The translations under genes and the position numbers were made by a program. Shown here piece after piece: positions 23,666 through 32,690 of a stretch of DNA of 32,690 nucleotides. The DNA is taken from assembly GCA_051942205.1 (NCBI GenBank), contig JAVECO010000013.1:186001-218690 (forward strand), in the 5' to 3' direction. Position 1 is the first letter of the stretch. Each line of letters opens with the position of its first letter. The notes below the pieces were generated by a model, which saw nothing but the letters and a program-made list of their open reading frames with translations, was not told the DNA's origin and did not search any database. The DNA comes from Coniocarpon cinnabarinum. Lineage: Eukaryota.

Positions 23666-23713
23666 CGTATCCAATCAACATCGTATCCAATAAACATCGT
23701 ATCCAACAAACAT
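23666..23713. repeat. 16-bp minisatellite x3
   Basis: cgtatccaatcaacat / cgtatccaataaacat / cgtatccaacaaacat. Confidence 0.9.
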
Positions 23714-23918
23714 TCATAGTATCATTCCGACAGTGCCCACATCTTCGACATTGTAAAAGTGCAACAAGGACACAAGAAACATGACATCATGCGCGTTTCA
23801 CAAACCAGAACAAAAAGGCGAATTGATTTCAACGTTATATAGATTTTGCCACGTCATCTCTCAGGACTTTGACTTGTAATATCAGCGTAACGGGGGTCTC
23901 TTTCGGCCGCCTGTGTCT

Positions 23919-24085
23919 CTGTCTTGAGCTCTGTCTTGAGCTCTGTCTCTGTTTCGAACTCAGGTGAGAGATGTTCAGTCGATATGCTCAGTCAATGTGC
24001 TCAGTCGATGGTGCTCAGTCGATGGTTCCAGTCGATCTGCTCAGTCGATCTGCTCAGTCAATGGTACCAGTCGTTATGCTCCATC
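23919..24085. repeat. 12-bp duplication followed by a degenerate 13-14-bp minisatellite (about 9 units)
   Basis: ctgtcttgagct x2, then gatgttcagtc, gatatgctcagtc, aatgtgctcagtc, gatggtgctcagtc, gatggttccagtc, gatctgctcagtc x2, aatggtaccagtc, gttatgctccatc. Confidence 0.88.
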
Positions 24086-24270
24086 ATTCTGGCAGCCGCT
24101 GCCATGGAAACGGATGTCAAACCACAGCTCTGACACGTTTGGCGCAGTCCAGATGAGACATGCACGACACGACACGAGTGAGCTAGGCACGTTGAGCTTC
24201 AGCGCTAGACTTGCAGACACGAGATAGCTCTCATGTATGTGATGACTAAAATAATGATATACAGCTTCGA

Positions 24271-24324
24271 TCTCGTTTCATCTTGTTTCATCTCATTTCA
24301 TAACAGGGTCCATGACAGGGTCCA
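24271..24324. repeat. 10-bp x3 and 12-bp x2 tandem repeats
   Basis: tctcgtttca tcttgtttca tctcatttca, then taacagggtcca tgacagggtcca. Confidence 0.8.
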
Positions 24325-27300
24325 AACATTTGGCTTGAGATGGGTGTTGTGTTGACCGCGGTTTACGACGTGATACGTGAGCCTTGGTGTCCACGACGTG
24401 CGACGTATGCTGGAAATGGCATGAAATGAAGTTGGAACTTTCAATAGTTGCCGTGGTGGCCGCGATGACTTGGACATGAATTGCGACGAGCTTCTTGTGG
24501 ACAGTCAGGTCATGATGGAATCGACGGTGATGCGATGGTTGTATTGACGAGTGAAGCGCTCGCTAGCGCTCGGCTGGGTATTGAATGGGAATTACCGTGG
24601 ACGTAGATGAAGTAAATCACGAAGTAATCTGCAGTGTACGACGAAGGAAGGTGACGAGTCGATGAGTCTGTACAGAGATATGCGCGTATCATCTAGTGAG
24701 GCCTTGATAGATGGCGGACATCATTAGCGATTAGGGAATGGATCAAAACAAGGAAAGAGGACGAGGAGGGAAACATCCCTAAGGATGGCAGTCCTCAATT
24801 GTTGGTGGTAAACAATGTTTCTTGCTCTACTTGGAAATTCGTTGTCCCTTTCGGCCTCAACTGAACTGCGAGTTGCTCTTCCGGAATGCTATTGCGTGCC
24901 ATGGACATCTACACCGTTGACCTGTTGCACCTCTGCTCAAGTTATTCAATCAACAATTCGACGATCGGTTGGGCAGCGGTTCAAAGGTGACACACGAACA
25001 CTGTAACTCTGAAGATTGCCGCTGGTCGAAAGGTCATCAATGAAGAATTGGTGTCAGCTCATCATCATTGTGACTCTCAGCGCATCGACAACAGCACCGA
25101 CATTTACCGTGATAACATGTGCGCAGCCAGCTTTGTCTTGCCCCTGATCTTGATCGGTCAAGAGGATGTATCCCGAAGCGCAGGAGACTGCGTCGAAAGC
25201 CAGCAACCGTCAACGGCAAACTTGCAGCCTAGACGCAAGCGCAGAATCATGACCCAATCAGGTAGGTATTCGGGTCATTAAATTGTGTGTGGATGCTGCT
25301 CACACGTCGCGTTGATCATTGCTCAGTGATGATGAGCGCGGAGGAACGTGCCAACGTTGTTACTCTGGTCATACAACAGCGCAGCTCGGTCTGTCAAGTT
25401 GCAGTGATGCATGTCTCACTCCAGGTGGGACCCAGTTGCCTGCATGATGGACCTATACATTTTCAGCAGGGTACACGTTTGCTCACATGCAGTGGATCTC
25501 TTAGAAAGGGAACGACGATGGCGATGCCAGCAAGGTCATAGATCCACGTTCGTTCTGTCTTCTGCGTGAGCACAAAGCGTCAGCATATGCATGCCGCAAT
25601 GGTGGTCATGGACCTCGCAATACACTGTTGAATGCAGCACGAGCTTCAAGGGCATCACGTGAATCTAAGGACTTGGACCGGAGACATGGGAACCCTAATG
25701 CAAGACGGTCCGCGTGCTTTCGAACGTTGGACAAGCCGTGTATCCGAAGGAGCGCAGAAGGAGCATACGGGCTCGAGTGTATCTGCAGAATTCAGCAGCA
25801 GCAGCACAACGACAACAACAAAGTGACTATGCGACTAGGGTCTGAGAGGCCGTTGACTGACGATCTTGAAACATCCACGGAGCTGTGCGTGTCATCTTCC
25901 GTACAGTGGAAGTGACATGGTATTTCCGCATATTTCTGTTCGACAAGACCGTCCCACCAGTAGTGCGCCAGGTAGGTAGTGTTGATGCCAAGACTAGTTG
26001 ATACCTGGGACTGAGAAGGCACCTTTCAAACCTTCGTGTACTACAGGGCATATCCTGTCGGACGCAGCCTGAATGATCCGGTGGTGAAAAGTCGGAGAGG
26101 ACACGCACCATCTTGAGATTCTCTGTACGTGCACACGTGGTGCATCAACATTCCCGCCGGCGCAAGCCGAGGTTCGCTTGGCATCGCTGACCTTGTCAGC
26201 CATCATTGACGCAAGCGTCGCGGAATGATGAAAAACGTTAAGATCTATGATTAGTCGACGATGCTGGACACGGTGGCGATATCTCTACAGCACAAGCGTT
26301 ATGCATGCAACAGCGAGCCGCCGCTGCATTGAGCTGGCGACACGGTGACTTTGTCATTTTGATATCGCCGGCGTTATTCACACCGCTGCCTGAAGACGTC
26401 AAAGCGAGACGTGTAGCTGCGCACGAAGATGGAACGCGTCATGCGCATGATAGATCGTCGGCTTTCCGAGTCCGACTCTCCCAGGCGAAGTACGGAGCGT
26501 GGGTTAGCTTCGTGGCGCAGTGTGATACCATGCGGCATTAATGAGCTGCATCTAGATGAAGCGTGCAATGCGAAGAATCGGTGGCAGTCAACGAGAAGCG
26601 ATGCGGCTAGATTGTGCGGTCAGACCTTGAGACTGCCTGAATGAGGGTCTCAAGTGGGGGTTGCTCGAAGCTTGAGGTGGTTGGTGCACAGAGGTGCGCC
26701 GTGGTACAGAGTCGTCACAGAAGCACCTTTGGGCGCTGCGGGGGTCTCCAACTCCAAAACTCAGCTCTCCGATCGCCGGCTATCGATTGATCAACGATGG
26801 GTGATGATGAGTGGCTGGGGACATCTTCTTCAGCCGGCGTGATGCGGATGCCTTCGCTTCTTGGGTGTATGCGGTAGGCATCGCGATTCATAACGGACAG
26901 ACAGGCCAAGTATTGTATGGACGTCGGTGAGTTATCCTTGTTTGCAGAAAGGACAGCGTCAGGAGTGTCACAACGCGAAAGACGCTGATCCTTTCAACAG
27001 GCGAGACCACCGTGTCTTTGTACCAGATTAGATTCCAACGGTGGGCCCAACACCTTGACAATGCGACGGCCGGATGCAGCACTCAGCCAGACACGATGGA
27101 TGATAGGCCGAAAGTTTGCATGCAGAGGGCGCCACGCGCGCATCGGCCAGACGCCCTGTGCGCCATGGTCAGATGCAATGAGCTGGAGTGCTTGCCTGAC
27201 CGTACAGAGCACTCAGTGCCCTCCCCATGCCGGTGGAGCGTAGGTTGTGTGTACATGATGGGCCCTTGCATGACTAGGGAGGTCGTCGTGGGGAGTCAAG

Positions 27301-29283
27301 GACGCCGGCAGGAGGCAAAGCATGGCGCCTCGTACCCAGACACTAGGCACGCTGCGGGAGGAGGAGCAGCCACCGTTCCCTGCAAGAGGACGAACCTTGC
27401 ATGTCCGAGCGGAAGAAGATGGAGTGGGGAGAGGGAGCGTATCACGAGCCGCGGGCAGAGATGAATGATGATGACGCTGCTGATACTGGGCGCATGCAAT
27501 GGATGATTGCAACAGACGAGCGAGCCGTCACGCATGCAACAGGTACGAAACACCAACACTAGTCAGAGCGGGAGTCGAAGGATTCGACGTTTGGACGGCG
27601 AGGAGTGCCGGCGTCTGACAGCCAGAGGCCGCCGCTGGCGAAGGGAGAAGACCGTCTCACCGCCGTTGGACGAGGGTTTGGGCGCGTGTCGCGGGCGAGA
27701 GACGATGGCGAGCAAGCTTGCGGCGGAGATGGAGCAGGAACAGCAGTCAGGAAGTTGCAGGTGCAGGCGCAGAAGAATGGAGCATGTCGAGATGTGAGAT
27801 GGTGGAATCAGACTCAGGGTTCACGGCGAGTGGGCGAGTGGGAGGGGCTGTGATTGGGCAGGGTCAGGGGTGGGCGTCTCAGCGCGCAGAAAATGGAGGA
27901 GCAGGTATCGCGTGGCCCAGCAGCTAGCGTTCCACTCTTTCACTGGTCAATCTCGCGCAATGTCCCAGAATCAGTGCCGACCCCTAGCGCTCTGCAGAGA
28001 AGAGCCCAGTCAGCCCATTCAGTGGCCCTCCAGTGCGTGCGTCGAGTGCCCCGACACGCCGGCGCCTGCTGGAGACGCTAGTCCACAATCTGCACGCTCG
28101 TTGCTTCGGGGGCCAAGCCAGCTTTTAGCCTTCCGTGAGGCAGGTACCTTACCCAAGGGAAGGTCAATCTAACCCAAGTCTGGGTGTGTCATTCATACGA
28201 CGGCAGCACCACCAGCAGCAACAGCCACGACGGCGACCGGGTCCGGCGGCAATGCTCGCTCGTGATGACCATGGCACGCCCGTCTCCGTCATACGCGACA
28301 CGCGCCGTCACAGGTCCCCGATGCAGCAACGAGCAAGTGGACAGCTGTCGAAGCAGGATGGAGTGCAAGGCCGCGATCCGACGAGACTGCAATACTGGAC
28401 TGAGAGAGAGTGCGTGTGTGTGTGTATTTGCCGCATTGGGATGCTGGGGTTTTCGTGTGCAAGAGCCAGTAGTAGTGCCGGTGCACAGACGCACGGGGCG
28501 CTCTTCCTTAGTCCCTCAAACAGTCAGTCAGTACTCCGTACTTAGTCACTCGCACGCTCATGCAAGCGAAACAACGCCTAGTCTAGGGCCGATGACTTTT
28601 TTCTTATGAGATCGACGTCCAGCCTCTCAGACGCATCCTGCATCCTCTGCCTCTCCCCGTCCACCCCGATCGGCCCTCCTCTTGCACGCCCACGCCCACA
28701 CCTACGCTTACACTTTTAGCATCCTTGGCTGTTTCTGGGCCTTGCACCCGATTAGACTTTGCGTCTCTCCTCGCTCCTCGCTCCTCCAGCCACCGTGTGG
28801 GCTGTCTCGACGTGTTCCGCCAAACAGCCGGTGAGCCCAGCGTCACAGGTCTCAGTGAGCTCGCACAGATCTCCGGGCGCTCGCGCTCCTAGCCGAGCCA
28901 ACATTCATCCTAAGCGTGCTGTCTCCTCAGATGCACGTTGTCGCTGTCGCTGTTGTTGTTGTTGCAGGCGCCCCGTCGCCTGTCAGGCAAGTCACAACGA
29001 CCGCGCCCCGGTACCACGTCTTCTTGTACCGGCTGCTCACTCCCGGCACTGGATCCACGAGCGTCGTCCAAGTCATGCAACGCATCCGTAGTCAGTCCCC
29101 CAACTGACTCCCAGGTTTTTAGCTTCCCTTTTTTCTCACTCGCTCGTCCCGACGATGGCCTCGACGCTCGCACACCCGCCCGGGATGTGTGCATGCCAGA
29201 CCACGGCCTTTGCCCCCTCCAAAACCTTGCCGCTCCATCCACTCGCCTCTGCTAGTCCGCCGGCCTCATCTCATCGTCATCAA

Positions 29284-29307
29284 GCTGCTGCTGCTGCTGC
29301 TGCAGCA
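29284..29307. repeat. (GCT)6(GCA)2 microsatellite
   Basis: Read directly. Confidence 0.85.
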
Positions 29308-29699
29308 GGAAGGAAGGTGAACAAAGCTTTCGCCCTAGCTGAACCCTTTCCTCTTTCTTTCCCTTTCTTTCACGCGCCGACCCTGCTGCGTGCTCGCTTT
29401 GGTTCATTATCCGCCAACAGGCATCCTTCCTGCTTGCTTCATGCGACCGCTGGCTTCGGCCTACCGCAACCAGCCGCCATGGTGTGGCTGCTACGCCGTG
29501 GACCAACTCCACCCCATCCCCGTCAGATTGGCTTTGGTGTGCCTGTGAAATGACACCTGGATCAAACGGTCAATAATAATGTCCACTGCCTTGGTCACAC
29601 ATGCGTCCCCTCCTTTCAAACACTCAAAAAGTCATGCTGCTGCGTAGCGTCTAGATCTTCTCGTGCCCTCTACACCTGTGTCTTGCCACCACCTACAAA

Positions 29700-29700
<1 letters not shown>

Positions 29701-29733
<33 letters not shown>

Positions 29734-29748
29734 GTCACCATCATCGTC
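29701..29748. repeat. (ATC)11 microsatellite with degenerate tail
   Basis: Perfect ATC x11 at 29701-29733, then gtc acc atc atc gtc. Confidence 0.92.
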
Positions 29749-29905
29749 AACTTCCTCAGTGCTCGAATAGATCGATGCCGAGATATCCCTCGCTTGACCC
29801 CGCCAAGAGAAAGCCATTTTCCATTCAATGCTTCTTACGCGTTTGACGGTGAAGGAGAAGATTTGCCTATGAGCTTGCTCACCGCTCTTTACAACCTCTA
29901 GCACA

Positions 29906-31117
29906 ATGGACTTCCAGCAGTCAAACAACAACTATGCAAACTTCCTGCCGTCACTCCGGAGAATGTCGTCCCTCTCCCATCTCCAGCAATCCGCACGAAC
30001 CTCCACGCCCAACACCACTCTCAGCAGGCGATCACGTGTGATGAAGCCAGTGAGCTCTCACAACAGTCCCTCGCGGAGCTGCCAGCGAAGGCGAATGCCA
30101 TCGCAACATCATGTCATGACGCGGCCTGTCACGTATGATCCAGCAACTCAGCCGCCTTTCCAGGCCACCCAATTCCCTCAACAATCCAGCCACTTCCCTT
30201 CCACTCACGCGGATCGTCCAATTACCTGGCATCCGACACAAAGCTACTGCTTGCCTCCTCAACCGGTGGTCACGCATCCACATTATAATCTTCCCTACGA
30301 GGCTTGGAAGCGTGGACCACAGCAGAGTTCCAATAGTCAACGAGCATCAATGGCATACAATGTGCCACCTCAAAATCATGCTCGCCCCAGAAACGAGGGA
30401 ACATGGTTCGATCAATCCCCCAACGACTCAACCCTTGACGGGAATGCCCTGCCCATGAACGGCCTTCACATCAATCAGCATCCATACAGCGTTCAGTCGC
30501 AGCATTCTTCGTTCATCAGCAATGCAAGAGATTCAAGCATGCCATTGGAGCATATTTCATCGTCAAACTCCACTTTCGTCCAATCGGGCACATTGGCGCA
30601 CGAACATAGCTTAGTGACTGCAGCAAATCAAGCAGAACAAGAAGAGGAAGAGGAAGTGGGCCAGTTGGTGGGAATGGGGCTCCACGACACTTCTACCAAC
30701 TATGAACAGACCTCGCTCTTGTTGGGTGCTGGCCTAGACGAACACGAGAAACCGCCTTCTATCTCCTCAGCTCGCTCTGTACTCACAGGCGAATGTTCTC
30801 CGCCGCAAGAAGTCCCAGATACCATTCCCGATGAGGGCAACGACACTCCAGTCACCAATGACTTCAATGATTGGTCTTCGCCAGTGGATCAATTGGCCAC
30901 TACACCGTTGGACACGATGCAATCATACGTGCAGCCCCCTGACTACTGCACGTGGAGTCAGTCTCAACAGATGTACGATCTTTCAGGCCAAAGCTTCTAC
31001 TTTGAGGATGCAAATGAAATCACGCCCACCGCTTGGTATCCTCCACTCAAACAAACAACCATCAATGGCTCAGGTGGGATGCCATGGGGATGGATGGGTG
31101 CGCAAGGAAGCTTCTGA
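29906..31117 (+). CDS. Low-complexity (S/Q/P-rich, probably disordered) hypothetical protein
   Basis: 403 aa ORF with good start context (CACAATGG). Short motifs RRSRVMKP, RPITWHP and EEEEVGQLVGMGLHD resemble motifs I recall in a filamentous-ascomycete hypothetical family. No recognisable folded domain. Confidence 0.75.
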   Translation: MDFQQSNNNYANFLPSLRRMSSLSHLQQSARTSTPNTTLSRRSRVMKPVSSHNSPSRSCQRRRMPSQHHVMTRPVTYDPATQPPFQATQFPQQSSHFPSTHADRPITWHPTQSYCLPPQPVVTHPHYNLPYEAWKRGPQQSSNSQRASMAYNVPPQNHARPRNEGTWFDQSPNDSTLDGNALPMNGLHINQHPYSVQSQHSSFISNARDSSMPLEHISSSNSTFVQSGTLAHEHSLVTAANQAEQEEEEEVGQLVGMGLHDTSTNYEQTSLLLGAGLDEHEKPPSISSARSVLTGECSPPQEVPDTIPDEGNDTPVTNDFNDWSSPVDQLATTPLDTMQSYVQPPDYCTWSQSQQMYDLSGQSFYFEDANEITPTAWYPPLKQTTINGSGGMPWGWMGAQGSF

Positions 31118-31661
31118 GTAGAGTTTCCGCCAACAACCCTGTTTAATGAGATTCACGATGATACGACAACCACAAGCCATTCACATTTGAGCATTGATAG
31201 CGACCAGCATTGAAAGCATGCACAAGCGTTTAGTTCAAGAGGCGTGCTAAGACCATGGCGAGATGCATCCCCGCCAATAGATAGATGATTCCGAAATTAA
31301 TTAGGGATTCTATTCCATGAAGCTTCTGCATCTTGCATTCTCGCTGTTACGAGGCACAAGGTCCTCTGTATCTAAGACCTTTTTTAATGAGCGAGCGTAA
31401 TACAGGTGTAGCCAGCCAACATCTCACCAATTTTTCGCTCAGTTGCTAATCATGCTGCGACCCTGCCCAGCTTTTGCAATTGTGCTTCGGCGCATCACCC
31501 TCTTCGCGGTAGTGGCTTTCTCTTACCTGTGCTCCCTCAAGGTATGTCTGATTCTATCACCACGCAGCAAAGATGCACCAATGACTGACGACTTCAGGTC
31601 CCTAATCACTAGTTCATAGACTTTCCTTCGCCAAGCTTGACGTCGCCTTCACCGCCGCGAC

Positions 31662-32690
31662 ATGGCTAAACCCGGCCCACCCACTGCAAAAGTTACAGAC
31701 GTGATACAGAATTTTGCTCCCACTCGCGTACGTCTCCAGCACCAGTTATGTCCTCTACATGCGACAATGTGGAACACTTTATACATTGCTCTTCATCATC
31801 TTCCTACTTACTAACGAAGATCAGCGCTTCGGCCCCGGCCCTGGGCAGAGACCTTACAATGTTACCTCCATCGATTTCGACGATACCGGCGAGCTTTGTC
31901 TAGTCGCACAAGATGACGAGACATTGCAAATATACAATTGCAAGGAGGGCAAACATGCGAAGGAGTTGAAGAGCCAGAAATATGGCGTTGATCTGGCGCG
32001 GTTCACGCATCATCCGCAGAGTGTGGTGTATGCTTCAACCAAAGGCGATGGTACGCTGCTCAACTTACTCTGCCCTTACCACCTCAGCAGGTTTTCGTCG
32101 CTGCACGATGGTCAAGAAATCTGCCTGCGGGTACCGTTTTGCTGACTCCTCTCGCAAAACACAGACGCCATCCGCTACCTCTCCACCCACGATAACTCCT
32201 ACATCCGCTACTTCCGCGGGCACACCGCAGCCGTCACATCCCTCTCCCTCTCACCAGCCGACGACACTTTCCTAACTTCCTCCCTCGACAATACCGTCCG
32301 CCTCTGGGACCTGCGCTCGTCCAATGCCCAAGGCCTCCTGCATCTCCACCAACCGCTTCTCTCCACCTTCGACCCCACCGCCAGCGTGATTGCCATTGCC
32401 TCACCCGCCGCCCAAACAATCCTCCTCTACGACGCGCGCAATTACGACAAGGCGCCTTTTGCGACATTCGATTTGAGAAGCATTGAAGACGCAATGAGAG
32501 GAGGAATGGACATTTCGTCACCAGACTGGACAGTTCTGTCCTTCTCGAACGACGGGAACAAGCTGCTCGTCGGCACCAACGGCGCCGGCCACTACGTCCT
32601 CGACGCGTTCGACGGGCGTCTCATGGGATACTGTCAGCGGCCCCCTCCACCCCCGGGAACCGCCAGCACGAACTTTACGCCCCGCTATCC
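31662..32690 (+). CDS. SWD2: WD40 protein Swd2/WDR82 (COMPASS and cleavage/polyadenylation factor subunit), 3'-truncated
   Basis: ATG 31662. Introns 31728-31824 and 32051-32164. VTSIDFDDTGE, LKSQKYGVDLARFTH, DAIRYLSTHDNSYIRYFRGHT, FLTSSLDNTVRLWDLRS, LYDARNYDKAPF, FSNDG. Confidence 0.94.

Noticed and set aside
23924..24227. Three overlapping ORFs and CRISPR-like periodicity over the 13-bp array
   Set aside because: ORFs arise from the stop-free repeat unit; units are far too short and lack unique spacers; fungal genome.
23886..24367. Weak inverted match (cgtaacgggggtc vs gaccgcggtttacg) flanking the minisatellites as possible TIRs
   Set aside because: Only about 11/14 with a gap and no target-site duplication seen.
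26005..26060. GGGACTGAGAAG...ACC resembling the start of a TPP riboswitch
   Set aside because: Lacks the GAACCTGATC...TAAT...GCG half of the aptamer and no thiamine gene is adjacent.
26305..29931. Numerous 60-150 aa ORFs, including poly-Ala, poly-Gln, poly-Ile and poly-Asp frames
   Set aside because: Mutually overlapping, no motifs, driven by GC content and microsatellites.

Overview
Intron-containing fungal genomic DNA (filamentous ascomycete-like: short GT-AG introns with CTAAC/CTGAC branch sites). Ten protein-coding genes can be supported: a 5'-truncated PD-(D/E)xK-like protein whose catalytic motifs look substituted, a tail-anchored Ubc6/UBE2J-type E2, a BTB/POZ protein, a NAD(P)-binding epimerase/SDR, mitochondrial ribosomal uL15m, a TRI12-like MFS transporter, a NAD kinase, a large 8-exon sacsin/NO VEIN-like GHKL ATPase with a C-terminal DUF3883-like nuclease, a low-complexity hypothetical protein and a 3'-truncated SWD2 WD40 gene. 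A 7.6 kb stretch (22313-29905) has no recognisable gene but carries a TA-rich patch, a minisatellite cluster, microsatellites and a cluster of CATGCAA motifs. The best candidate for an uncharacterised system is the ~1674 aa ATPase-repeat-nuclease gene. No tRNA, rRNA, CRISPR array or intact transposon was recognised. All family calls come from motif recognition by eye, not database searches.
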